A stretch of 64,000 nucleotides of DNA from an uncultured Candidatus Rokubacteria bacterium. GTDB lineage: Bacteria > Methylomirabilota > Methylomirabilia > Rokubacteriales > DASRDR01. The notes beneath the pieces were generated by a model, which made no database searches, was not told the origin of the DNA, and saw nothing but the letters and a program-made list of their open reading frames with translations. Shown in pieces: positions 10,081 through 20,721 of the stretch (the first letter of the stretch is position 1; each line of letters starts with the position of its first letter). The stretch is taken from contig CAVPSB010000014.1 of assembly GCA_963708025.1 (NCBI GenBank), positions 96,001 to 160,000 on the forward strand, written 5' to 3'. A program made the position numbers and the translations under genes.

Positions 10081-11136
10081 TCACCCCCCGTCGCCGACGG
10101 CCCGGACCAGCTCCTCGTAGGCCACCCGCAGCACGATGGCGTAGATCGAGTAGATCGGGAGGGCCAGGATCATCCCCATCAGGCCGAACAGCTTGAAGGC
10201 CACCAACGGCAGGACGACCCCCAGCAGGGCGTCCAGCCGCAGGCGGCCGGAGATCATGAACGGCTCCAGGTAGTAGGTGTCGACGAGCTGCGCGATCGCG
10301 ATCGTGACGATGACGTAGAGGGCGACCACCGGGGCGTCGAGGAGGAGCGTGATGGCCAGCGGGGGTACCGCGGCGAGGACCGGCCCGATGAACGGGACGA
10401 TGTTGAGCGCCCCGGCGAGGACGCCGAAGACGAGCCAGCCCTTGACCCCGGCCAGGTAGAAGCCCAGACAGCACATGCTGCCCACCATCGTGCTCTCGAC
10501 GATGCGGGCGGCCAGGTACTCGGTCGTGCGGCTCGTTACCTCCCGCACCAGCCGGCTCACCCCGGCCCGGAACCGGCGCGGGGTGATGGCCAGAAGCCGC
10601 CGCAGCGTCTGCTCCCGGCGCCGGAAGTAGAGCACAGTCTGGAGGGGGATGAGGAGGATCCCGAGGGCGAGGACGGTGAGCAGGTCGCGGGCGAAGTCCG
10701 CGGCGAGGGCGACGACGGATTCGACCAGCCGGGTGACCAGGTCCTCGGGCAGCACGGTCTGGGCGACGAGGCGCGGGACGTACGGCTCGATCTTCTCGGC
10801 GTAGGCCGCCCGGAGCGACGGCTTCTCGGCGGCCAGGTGCTGGAGCGCCCCGCCGAGGTCGGTGATCGAGTCCTGGACCAGGAACAGCGCGGCGCCCAGC
10901 CAGAAGCCGGCCGTGACCGGACCGTACAGCGCCAGCATCCACGTCGAGAGCTTGAGGCTGGCCACTCGCCGGCGATAGTCGACGATGAGCCGCTCGGTGA
11001 TGACGATCAGCACGTGCCCGATGACGAGGGTCAGGAACATCTCCCGGAAGTAGAAGCAGAGCCCGACGACGGTGGTCAGCGCCAGGAAGAGGACGACGAG
11101 CACCTTCCAGACGGTGGGATGGGACGAGAGGGGCAT
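10081..11136 (-). CDS. AI-2E family transporter
   Basis: Multi-TM protein; GVLAGALNIVPFIGP and FGLMGMILALP. Confidence 0.85.
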   Translation of the reverse strand: MPLSSHPTVWKVLVVLFLALTTVVGLCFYFREMFLTLVIGHVLIVITERLIVDYRRRVASLKLSTWMLALYGPVTAGFWLGAALFLVQDSITDLGGALQHLAAEKPSLRAAYAEKIEPYVPRLVAQTVLPEDLVTRLVESVVALAADFARDLLTVLALGILLIPLQTVLYFRRREQTLRRLLAITPRRFRAGVSRLVREVTSRTTEYLAARIVESTMVGSMCCLGFYLAGVKGWLVFGVLAGALNIVPFIGPVLAAVPPLAITLLLDAPVVALYVIVTIAIAQLVDTYYLEPFMISGRLRLDALLGVVLPLVAFKLFGLMGMILALPIYSIYAIVLRVAYEELVRAVGDGG

Positions 11137-11148
11137 GCCGGCGTCGGG

Positions 11149-11660
11149 TCAGGTCCGGGCCGGCTCGAAGCCGAGGCGGTACACGCCGGCCATGACCGTG
11201 ACCGACATCACCCCGATCACCGTCTCGTAGAGGATGCCGGTCCAGAGGGCCGGCCCCGCCAGCGCGGTCGCCGGCATCAGACGGAAGAGCGCGAAGAAGG
11301 CCAGGTTCAGGACGTGGCCGAGCAGGAGCGCCAGGGCCGCGATCGGCGCCGGGGCCCGGCCGCGAAGCCAGCCGGCGACGAAGCCCATGACGCCGTGCGG
11401 CAGGATCGCCAGCCGCTCGAACGGCGGACCCCGCCGGGGAGAGGGCGTTCAGCGCCGTTCCCAGGACGCCGGCCAGGAAGCCGGTGGGTCGGCCCGAACA
11501 GGATGCCGGCCAGCACGGGCACCACCATGTTGACCGCGACGATCGCCCCCGGGATGAACGGGTTCGGCCGGATGGACCGCGCGTTCCCCAGGAGGACGTA
11601 CAGGGCGACGCAGGCGGCGACCCGGAAGAGCAGGATCCGCCCGACCCGACCGAGCGTCAT
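11149..11660 (-). CDS. ECF transporter S-component-like membrane protein, frameshifted
   Basis: VVPVLAGILFGP / GFLAGVLG / ILPHGVMGFVAG pieces across frames, with shifts near 11410-11490. Confidence 0.6.
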
Positions 11661-11663
11661 GCC

Positions 11664-14078
11664 TCAGGTGCCGGGAGGGGCGGGCCGCAGCCGGATGTCC
11701 TGCTGCGGGACCGGGATCTCGATCTTGGCCGCGGCGAGCGCCGCGTGGAGGGCCAGGCCGAGCTCGCTGCGGGTCTGCAGCCACAGGTCGAACTGGTCCG
11801 TCCAGACGCGCAGCTCGAAGTGCAGCGCGTAGTCGCCGAAGCGGATGAACAGCGCGATCGGCTCGGGCTCGCGGAGCACCAGGGGATGGCTGCGGGCGAC
11901 GTCCCGGAGGATCTCGAGCACCTGGGCCGGATCGGAGCCGTAGGTCACCAGCACCGACAGGTCGATTCGCCGCATCCGATCCGAGAGGGTCCAGTTCGTG
12001 AGCCGCTCGGACACCAGGGTGCCGTTCGGCACGATCACCTCGGCCCCCTCCCAGGTGCGGAGCGTGCTCGCTCGGATCCCGATCCGCCGCACCTCGCCGC
12101 TCACGTCCCCGAGCTGGACGGCGTCGCCCACGTTGATCGGCCGCTCGACGAGCAGGATCAGTCCCGAGACGAAGTTGTTCACCACGTTCTGGAGCCCGAA
12201 GCCGATGCCGACGCCGAAGGCGCCGGCCAGGATCGTGACCCGGTTGAGGTCGAAGCCGAGGGCGGCCACCGCCAGCGCGAAGCCGGCGAAGAGGATGGCG
12301 TAGTGGAGCAGGCTCGACACGGTGTTGGGCAGGCCGCGGGTGAGCTGGCCCCGCGGATAGACGTCCTCCTCCAGCACGAAGCGGACGAGCGCCGAGAGGA
12401 GGAACGCCGAGCAGACGGTGAGCCCGAACTCGACCGACGTCGCCCAGGGTCACCGTGAGGTGGCCGGGGATCAGGTCGGTGGCCAGCGCCGCCCGCGCCG
12501 TCGCCACCGCCGGCTCCAGGAGCGCGAACTGGTCGAGGGTGATCACCGGCCAGATGCCGACCGCCAGCCAGCGCAGGGCGGTGGTCACCCGCCGCTGGAG
12601 CAGGGGGCGGTGGCGCTGGACCAGGTTGAGCCAGACCAGGGGACGGACGCGGAGGGCGCACGCGACCAGCCCCTCGAGGACGCGAACGCTCGCGTAGAGC
12701 ACGAGGGCGAGGTAGCTGCTGCCGAGGACCCCGATCCCGAGCAGGCGGGCCAGTCCCATGTACCCGACGGCGCCGGCGAGGAACGCCGTCACCAGCACGA
12801 CGAGCACCACCCGGAAGGCGCCGCGCACCAGCGCCCGGGCGCCGCCCTGGCCCGGGGCGGCGTCGCGGGCGGCCGGGCGCGTGGTGGCGAGCAGCCAGGC
12901 GACGAGGACGACGCCGACGAGCATCTCCAGGAGGAAGAGCACCTGCTCGAGGAGCGGGAGGACCGCCGCCAGGTTCCGGAGGCGGTCGATCAGGAAGAAC
13001 CCGCCCAGCGCGTACAGTCCCGGGACGACGGGCGGATCGAGGAGCGGCCGCATGATCCGGAGCACCGGGACCAGCATCAGCGCGCCGACGAGGTCCCGCA
13101 GGACGCGGGGCTCCTGCGGGTAGAGGTAGGGGACGATCAGCAGGCTCAGGACCAGCGCCGACGAGATCGGCCGCGCCACGACCAGGGCGGCCGCCTCGAC
13201 GCCGGGGTCTGCCTCGACCCAGCGGCGCGCCCGGGCGCGCAGGGAGTAGAGGAGCCAGGCGAAGCCCAGGAAGAGCACCGCGTGGAGCGGGAGCTTGTGC
13301 CGGTGCGCGGCCATGAATCCGCTCAGCAGCGCCCACTCGACCCGGGCCGACTCGCGGATGTGAGCGGGCAGCTCGCGCCACGCCCGGGTCCTGAGCTCCG
13401 AGCTCCAGATGGGCACGCTGTCCCGCGCCCGGAGCTGGCCGACCGCCCGGCTCCGGGCCTGGCCGAGCTGGGCCAGGGTCTCCTCGCACAGCGCCAGCTC
13501 CTGGGCGGCCCGGGCCTGGATGCCGAGGATCGAGGCCCGCTGCGCCTCGAGCTTCGCGCGGGTCTCGGCGATGGCCCTGAGAATGGCGTCGATCCGCTCC
13601 GTCACGGGCTGGGGGGCCATCGACGCCCCGGCCGCGTCGCGCGAGCGGACCCAGACCTCGCGCAGGCCGGTGAGGCCGAGTCAGCTCCTGCTCGATCTGG
13701 CTCGCGCGCCGGGTGAGCCGCTCGTTCCACCCGACCAGGTCGAGCCGCGCGGCCTGCCATTCCTCCGCCAGGTCGTCGAGCACCATCAGCGGCGGCGACC
13801 CCTGCATCGCCTGCGCCGTCCGCTCCACCCGGAGCCGGAGGCGCTGGCCGGTGGCCTCGAGCTGCCGCTCGATCGCCTCGATCTCGGGGGACGGGACCAT
13901 GCAGCCGGTCGAGCGACCGAAGGAGCGCCGTCACCTCCTCGGCCCGCCCGGCGACCTCGGGGACCGGGATGGCGGTGACCGCCGGCTCGGGCGTCGGCTT
14001 CTCCTGCGCCGGGGTCGCGGTGGCGAGCAGCGCGAGCGCCAGGCCGACCAGCGCCCGGACGGGCGCGCGGCGTCCCAT
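11664..14078 (-). CDS. Large MscS/MscK-like mechanosensitive channel, frameshifted near 13901, 13676 and 12436
   Basis: Signal peptide, periplasmic coiled coil, many TM helices, GAFGVGIGFGLQNVVNNFVSGLILLVERPINVGD. Confidence 0.85.
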
Positions 14079-15545
14079 CAGATCGGGTCCAGCGGGAAGA
14101 TGGGCCGCCGCACCTTCTTGAACTCGAAGCGCGAGAGGTTCGAGGACGACAGCCCGGGGGCGTCCACCTCGAGGATCGCGTGGGCGATCGGCTCGAAGGC
14201 CGCCCGGTAGTGGATCGTGGACTTGAGGACCAGGAGCTTCTCGGCGAGGGGATCGATCCCCACGAACCGGAGCATCTCGGGATCGAGCGTCTGCCAGCGG
14301 AGCGAGATCAGGATGATCTTGATCCCGCCCGCGTCGAGCACCGCGGTGAGGCCGAGCCGGCCCTCGACGCCCCGGAGCATCGGCCCCTTGTGCACGAACC
14401 GCCCGTCGGCGAGCGCGCGGACGCGCCCGGTCACCTCCACCGGCGCCCCGTGGCGGTCGTCCACCTTGCCGCCGATCGGCAGCGTGACCGTGACGCCGAC
14501 CCCGGCCTTCGCGCAGGCCGCGGCGGCCGCGGGGTCCCAGATGCAGGCGACCACGGCCGAGGGCGCCCGGACCCGGAGCAGCTCCCGCAGGATCTCCGTC
14601 CCGTCCCCGGCGGCGCCGCCCCCGGTGTTGTCCGCCATGTCGGCGAGGACGACCGGCCGGCCCTCGAGCGCCTGGGCCCGGGCGACCGCCTCGGCGACCG
14701 GCAGCCCCTGGTGGGCGAACTCGTGCCGGTGCTCCCAGGCGACGGCCTCCAGCCGGTCGGCCAGCCGCTCGGCCAGCGGGGCGTCGTCGTGGGTCGCCAC
14801 GTAGATGCTGAGCCCGGCGTCGGCGATGTCGGCCAGCGGGAAGCCGGCGAAGATCGAGATGGAGGCGACCCCCGGGTCCCCGGCCATCTCGCCGGCCAGG
14901 TCGTAGAGCCGGCGCATCGGACCGACCGCGGTCCGCTGGCTGCCGATCGGCGGCAGCAGCCGGGGCTGGCGGAAGGGCCACGGTGGGCCGGAGCCGGCCG
15001 GCGACGACGTCGATCAGCCGCTCGGTCGCCTCGACGCCCCGCTCCGCCATGTCCACGTGCGGGTAGGTCTTGTAGCCGTGGAGGAGCGTGGCGTGCCGGG
15101 CCATGGCGGGGGTGACGTTACCGTGGAAGTCGAGCGTGACCGCGATCGGGAGGTCGGGTCCGACGGCGCGACGGACGGCGGCCAGCAGCTCGCCCTCGCC
15201 GTCGTCCGCGGTCTCCGCCACCATCGCCCCGTGGAGGTCGAGGAGGATGCCGTCGACGGGGCCGGCCGCCGCCAGGTCGGCGAGGAGGCGGTCGCGGACG
15301 TGACGGTAGACGTCGCCGGTGACGGGACCGGCCGGCGACGCGGCGGCGGCGACGGAGGGCAGGAGCGCGACCCCGTGGCGCTCGGCGGCTGCCAGCATGC
15401 CACCCAGGCAGGTGCCGGTGCCGCGGTAGACCTCGAGGATCTCGCCGCCGTAGCGCAGGTCCCGCGCCTCGAACTGGCGGCGGTCGGTCGGGATGTTGCT
15501 GAACGTGTTCGTCTCGTGGGCGAACATCGCGAGGAAGAAGCGCAT
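14078..15545 (-). CDS. MlrC/M81 family metallopeptidase, frameshift near 14975
   Basis: HETNTF, LDLHGAM, LDFHGN, YKTYPHVD, DNTGGG, VLKSTIHYRA. Confidence 0.88.
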
Positions 15546-15620
15546 GCCACAGGCCTCCCGTTCACTCGACGGTCCTCAGTGTAGTGCGGCCGGTCCGGCG
15601 TGTAAAATACCCCGACGCTC

Positions 15621-16652
15621 GTGAACGGCTCGGATCTCGGCTCGCTGCGTGCCCGGCTCGTCCTGCCCTTCGCGCTGGTGCTGGGGGTGGTGGCGGTGGG
15701 CACCGCCGGCTACTACGTGCTCTGGCGGGACACCGGCGGCTCCTGGCTGGACGCGCTGTTCATGACCGTCACCACCATCACCACGATCGGCTACGGCGAG
15801 GTCCGGCCGCTGACCGGCGCCGGCCGCGTCTTCACCATGGTCCTCGCCTTCGTCGGCATCGGGAGCCTCTTCTACACGCTGGGCGCGGTGATGGAGTACC
15901 TGGTCAGCGCGCGGCTGGCCGACCCGAAGGGGGTGCACCGGATGGAGCGCCGGATCGAGGAGCTGAGCGGGCACGTGATCGTGGCGGGGCTGGGGCGGGT
16001 GGGCCGCCAGGCCGCCCAGGAGCTGGCCGCGGCCGGCCGGCCGCTGGTGGCGGTGGACTCCGGGGAGGCGGCCGCGCGCCACGCCGAAGAGCGCGGCTAC
16101 CTCCACCTGCGGGGCGACGCCACCGAGGACGCGGTCCTGGAGCGGGCGGGGGTGCGCCGGGCCGGCGGGCTCATCGTCACCACGGGCCACGACGCCACCA
16201 ACATGTACATCGTCCTCTCGGCCCGGGTCCTCAACCCGGTGCTCTACATCGTCTCGCGGGCCGTGGACGAGTCGAGCGTGACGAAGCTGACCCGGGCCGG
16301 CGCCAACCGCGCCATCAGCCCGTACGCCATCGGGGGACACCGGCTGGCCCACCTGATCCTCAGCCCGGCGGTGATCGACTTCTTCGAGACGGCGCTCCGG
16401 CGTGGGTCGGAGGCGCTCGTCATCGAGGACATCGCGGTGCCCAACGAGAGCCGGGCGCTCGGGCAGACCCTGGAGACCCTCGACATCCGCCGGGCCACCG
16501 GCGCCACCGTCCTCGCCATCCTGCGGGACGGGAGCCCGGTCGGCCTGTCCGGCGACCTGGTGATCCAGGCCGGGGACCGCCTGCTGGCCCTGGGCACCGG
16601 CGAGCAGCTCAAGCGGCTGGAGCGCCTCCTGGCCGGTGGGTCAGGGTCATGA
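15621..16652 (+). CDS. Potassium channel with RCK (TrkA-N/TrkA-C) domains
   Basis: TTIGYGE selectivity filter; GLGRVG Rossmann motif; C-terminal TrkA-C. Confidence 0.92.
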   Translation: MNGSDLGSLRARLVLPFALVLGVVAVGTAGYYVLWRDTGGSWLDALFMTVTTITTIGYGEVRPLTGAGRVFTMVLAFVGIGSLFYTLGAVMEYLVSARLADPKGVHRMERRIEELSGHVIVAGLGRVGRQAAQELAAAGRPLVAVDSGEAAARHAEERGYLHLRGDATEDAVLERAGVRRAGGLIVTTGHDATNMYIVLSARVLNPVLYIVSRAVDESSVTKLTRAGANRAISPYAIGGHRLAHLILSPAVIDFFETALRRGSEALVIEDIAVPNESRALGQTLETLDIRRATGATVLAILRDGSPVGLSGDLVIQAGDRLLALGTGEQLKRLERLLAGGSGS

Positions 16653-17879
16653 TGCGCCGGCTGATCGGCGCGGTGTGCCTCGTGGCGTGCTCCGGGCTCG
16701 CGCACGCGGAGCCGGTCGCGCTGCCTGACGACCTCCAGCTGCCGCCGCCCGCCGCTGCCCGAGGCGACGGCGTCCATCCGATGCTCGGCGTCTGGGTCGG
16801 CGACGCCTGGAGCGGTGTGCTTCCCCACGTCCTCGTCGTGGAGAGCGTGGCCAGCGACGGCCAGGCGACGGTCGTCTACGCCGTCGGCGACGGGCCCGAA
16901 TGGAAGATCGCGGCGGCCTGGTCGAGGGTGACCGCGCGGATCGCCGACGGGACGCTGTCCTTCACGCTTCGGGGCGGGGCGGCCAGGGTGCGGTATGCCC
17001 TGACCCCGGTCGGTCGGCTGGAGGGACACTTCGACACGGACCGCTCGGGCGCGCTCGTCGTGCTGCACCGCGTGGAGCCGGCGACTCGCGATGCGCTGGC
17101 CGCGACTGGTCGCCGGCGAGACGTACCGGGTCGAGCCCGAGCCGATCTTCATCCCCGTGACGCCGGGCGCCGGGCCGGCGGTCCGGCTCGAGGCCACGCT
17201 CTACCGGCCCGACCGATCGGGCCGATTCCCCCTGGTGGTGTTCAACCACGGCTCGACGGGGCCCGGCGCCATTCCGGCGTCTCTCACCCTGACGTTCCAA
17301 GCGCAGGCCCACTACTTCGTGCGCCGTGGCTTTGCCGTCGTGGTGCCGATGCGCAAGGGGCGCGGCGCCTCGGAGGGCTCCTACGACGAGCCCTACGGCT
17401 GCGGGCCGGATGTGGTGGCGACGGGGGTGTCGAGTGCCCTCGGCGACGTGGACAGCGTCCTCGACTACGTGCTGCAGCAGGCCTACGTCGACGGCGACCG
17501 GCTGCTGATGGCCGGACAGTCGCGGGGCGGCTACCTGTCGGTCGTGTACGCGGCCCGCGGTCGCCATCGGAGCCGGCTGCGCGCGGTGATCAATTTCGCC
17601 GGCGGCTGGTCGGGCCAGCGCTGCGGCGATCGCAACTCGCCCGGCTATGCGGACGCCGGACGGGCCACGCGGCTCCCGATGCTGTGGCTCTACGGGGAGG
17701 GGGATTCCTACTACTCGGCGGCCGCCATCCGCGGGTACTTCGAGTCGTTCGAGAAGGCCGGCGGCAACGGGCGCCTGGTGCTGTTCGGCGGGCTGCCGCG
17801 AGACGGCCACCGGCTGGTGGACTTCGTCCCGGTGTGGAAGCCCGAGGCCGACCGGTTCCTCGAATCGCTGGGCTTCTGA
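16649..17879 (+). CDS. Exported alpha/beta hydrolase (dienelactone hydrolase-like), frameshift near 17100
   Basis: Signal peptide; VVFNHG, GQSRGG nucleophile elbow, LYGEGD, DGH. Confidence 0.78.
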
Positions 17880-17895
17880 CGCGGGCCCTTCCGTT

Positions 17896-17932
17896 CCCTC
17901 TCCCCCGGAGGGGGAGAGGGCCAGGGTGAGGG
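17896..17932. repeat. REP-like repeat, family A, between convergent genes
   Basis: CCCTCTCCCCCGGAGGGGGAGAGGGCCAGGGTGAGGG. Confidence 0.8.
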
Positions 17933-17942
17933 GGCGTCGTGT

Positions 17943-18929
17943 CTAGCTGACGCTGGCGAAGACGCGCTCGATGTTGGTCAGGATCCCCGTGCGCCAGGGC
18001 CGGTAGGCGCCGTACTTGGAGAAGGCCTGCTCGTAGGCCGGCGCCAGCCGATCCGGCACCCGCTGCTTGACCTCGTCCAGCGAGGCACCGGTCAGGACCT
18101 CCTGGCGCACCGCGTCCACCAGGTCCTCGACGTAGCCGCGGAAGACGGCGAGCCACTCCCGGCCGGCCGGCTCGCCGTGGCCCAGGAGCAGGAGGTCGGC
18201 GTCGAGCCGCTCGAGCCGCCGGAGCGTCGGGCCCCAGTCCTCGGGGTAGCCGTCGCCCATGAACGGCGCCCACGCGATCACGGCGTCGCCGGTGACCACC
18301 AGCTTCTCCTTCGGCAGGTGGACGAAGACGTCGCCCTCGGTGTGGGCCCGCCCCAGGTAGAGCAGGTGGATCTCCCGGTCCCGCTTGAAGATCCGCATCG
18401 TGTTCTCGAAGGCCAGGGTCGGCAGGGTCGGCTCGAGCGCGCGGATCTCTTCCAGGTAGGCCTCGGCCTGCTGGAGGTTCCAGGCCAGCTCGGCCCGCTG
18501 CTCGGGCCCGGTGGCGGCGGCCAGGTCGGCCCGGAGCTTCACGATCTCAGCCGGCACCGAGCGGACGTGGTCCTGGATCCGCTTGAGGCTCTTCCGGATC
18601 ATCGCCTCCCGGGTGATGGTGTTGGTGATGACTTCCACGTTGGGGTAGGTCGCCGGGTACACCTCGTTGCCCTGCCAGTGGTCCCAGTGGAAGTGGGTGT
18701 TGACCACGTAGCGCACCGGCTCCCGGGTGATGTCCCGGAGCTGCTGGACGACCGCCCGGGCCGCCGAGGGCTTCGAGTGCGAGTCCACGATCAGGACGCC
18801 GTCGCCGGTCTCGATGATGGCGGTGTTGGAGTTGACCTTGTAGGCCGGCGCCGCCACCGCCACGTGAACCCCGTCGGCCACCTTCCGGAACTCGAACAGC
18901 GGGGCTCGGGGAGCGTGCCGGGTCGACAT
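17943..18929 (-). CDS. MBL-fold metallo-hydrolase
   Basis: NTHFHWDHWQGN, AHTEGD, TGD, GHG. Confidence 0.9.
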   Translation of the reverse strand: MSTRHAPRAPLFEFRKVADGVHVAVAAPAYKVNSNTAIIETGDGVLIVDSHSKPSAARAVVQQLRDITREPVRYVVNTHFHWDHWQGNEVYPATYPNVEVITNTITREAMIRKSLKRIQDHVRSVPAEIVKLRADLAAATGPEQRAELAWNLQQAEAYLEEIRALEPTLPTLAFENTMRIFKRDREIHLLYLGRAHTEGDVFVHLPKEKLVVTGDAVIAWAPFMGDGYPEDWGPTLRRLERLDADLLLLGHGEPAGREWLAVFRGYVEDLVDAVRQEVLTGASLDEVKQRVPDRLAPAYEQAFSKYGAYRPWRTGILTNIERVFASVS

Positions 18930-18959
18930 TGGCGCCTCCTGGTCAGTTGCGGGGGATTC

Positions 18960-19187
18960 TCATCGCAGCCGAAGATAGTCCTCGACGGAAAAGCCTGCGT
19001 CCTCGAGGATGCGCGCGGCGAGACCTCGACCGATGTCGGCCCCGGTGTGGATCGGAACGGTGGCTGCTACCCGCCGCTCCTCGTGCCAGAACGTCAGGTG
19101 ACTGCCAGTCTGTCGATCCTCGACGAAACCCTGTGACTTGAGGAATCGCACCAGCTCACGCGCAGTGAGCTGGGGCAGCCGCGGCAT
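18960..19187 (-). CDS. hicA: HicA family toxin
   Basis: 75 aa; GFVEDRQTGSH with the catalytic His, TVPIH, LAARIL. Confidence 0.9.
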   Translation of the reverse strand: MPRLPQLTARELVRFLKSQGFVEDRQTGSHLTFWHEERRVAATVPIHTGADIGRGLAARILEDAGFSVEDYLRLR

Positions 19188-19423
19188 CAGGGAACCCCGA
19201 CGGTCAACTCCTCGACGTGAACGAGCCGCTCGTTCTGCGGAACCGACTGGCCGTGGGCCAGCAGGGCCTCGATGTGCTGCTGAATCGCTTCGCGGATGTT
19301 CCGCTTGGCCTCCTCGATCGTCTTGCCGTTGCTGAAGCAGCCGGGAAGGGTAGGACTGTAGGCCGCGTAGCCGTCGTCCTCGGCTTCCTTCTCGATGACG
19401 ATCTCGAAGGTGTAGAAACGCAT
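19187..19423 (-). CDS. hicB: HicB family antitoxin (short form)
   Basis: YAAYSPTLPGCFSNGKTIEEAKRNIREAI; TGATG overlap with hicA. Confidence 0.9.
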   Translation of the reverse strand: MRFYTFEIVIEKEAEDDGYAAYSPTLPGCFSNGKTIEEAKRNIREAIQQHIEALLAHGQSVPQNERLVHVEELTVGVP

Positions 19424-19449
19424 GGCGCACGATCCTCCCGACCCCCATT

Positions 19450-19884
19450 CTATCCCAGGCTGCCGGCGCCCTCGATCTCGAACGAGGTGGTGAAGGCGAT
19501 GTCTTCCCGGAGCGAGTGCCACACCGAGCAGTACTTCTCGCGGGAGAGCGCCAGGGCCCGCTCGACCTTCTCGGGCGGCACCTCGCCGGTCACGACGAAG
19601 TGGAGGTCGATCTTCACGAAGCGCCGGGGCTCCTCGCTCCGCCGCTCGCCGACGAGCCGGGCCCGGAGGCCGCGGAGCGGCGCCCGCCCCTTGACGAGGA
19701 TCGCGACCACGTCGCTGGCCATGCAGCCGGCCAGCGCGAAGGCCAGCGCCTGGACCGGCGACGGCCCGGCCGCCCTGGCCGCATCGATCACCAGCGAGAC
19801 CGTCTCGGCACGGCCCCTGAACCGGAGATCGCCCTCCCACTCGAGGTCGAGCGTGACAGGCGGTGGGGGCGGCGGCGTCGCCAT
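19450..19884 (-). CDS. OsmC family protein
   Basis: GPSPVQ..LAGCMASD and EKYCSV cysteine pair. Confidence 0.9.
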   Translation of the reverse strand: MATPPPPPPVTLDLEWEGDLRFRGRAETVSLVIDAARAAGPSPVQALAFALAGCMASDVVAILVKGRAPLRGLRARLVGERRSEEPRRFVKIDLHFVVTGEVPPEKVERALALSREKYCSVWHSLREDIAFTTSFEIEGAGSLG

Positions 19885-19896
19885 GGCGGTCCGATT

Positions 19897-20721
19897 CTAT
19901 CGCAACCGGGGATCGAGGGCTTCCCGGAGCCCCTCGCCGAGGAAGTTGACGCCGGCCACCGCGGCCACGATCGCCAGCCCCGGGAAGATGCCGAGCCACG
20001 GTGCCTCGACGAAGTGCACCTGGGCCGCGTGGAGCATGCCGCCCCAGGTGGCGGTCGGCGGCGGCACGCCGAAGCCGAGGAAGGACAGTGCCGACTCGAT
20101 CAGGATCGCGTTGGCGACCAGGAGGGTGCCGGCGACCAGCACGGGGGCGATCACGTTCGGCATGACGTGGCGCGCCAGGATCCGGAGGCGCCCGGCGCCG
20201 AGGCCGCGGGCGGCCTCGACGAACGGCCAGCCGGCCAGGCCGAGGACCTGGCCGCGCACCAGGCGGGCGACGGTGGTCCACGACAGGAGCGACAGCACGA
20301 GGATCAGCCGGCCCGGCGTGAGCTGGACGAGCGCCGCCGCCACCATGGCCAGGGCGAGGGTCGGGATGGACAGGAGCGCGTCCACCAGCGCGGCCACGGT
20401 CGTGTCGACCCAGCCGCGGAGGTAGCCGGCGAGGCCGCCGAGGACGCTGCCGAGCCCGACCGCGGCGACGGCGACGCCCACGCCGAGGAGCAGGGAGGCG
20501 CGACCGGCGTGGAGCAGGCGGCTCAGCACGTCGCGCCCGATCTCGTCGGTGCCGAGCCAGCCCGCGGGGCCCGGCGCCCGCAGCATCGCGCGGAGGTCAA
20601 CCGCGTCCGGCGGGCGGGGCGCCAGCCAGGGGGCGGCGAGGGCGGCCAGGGCCAGGACGGCGAGCGTCAGGGCGCCGGCCATGCCCAGCGGGGACGACCG
20701 GAACCGCCGCCAGGCGGTCAC
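19897..20721 (-). CDS. ABC permease, DppC type
   Basis: LGTDEIGRDVLSR; ESALSFLGFGVPPP. Confidence 0.88.
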   Translation of the reverse strand: MTAWRRFRSSPLGMAGALTLAVLALAALAAPWLAPRPPDAVDLRAMLRAPGPAGWLGTDEIGRDVLSRLLHAGRASLLLGVGVAVAAVGLGSVLGGLAGYLRGWVDTTVAALVDALLSIPTLALAMVAAALVQLTPGRLILVLSLLSWTTVARLVRGQVLGLAGWPFVEAARGLGAGRLRILARHVMPNVIAPVLVAGTLLVANAILIESALSFLGFGVPPPTATWGGMLHAAQVHFVEAPWLGIFPGLAIVAAVAGVNFLGEGLREALDPRLR

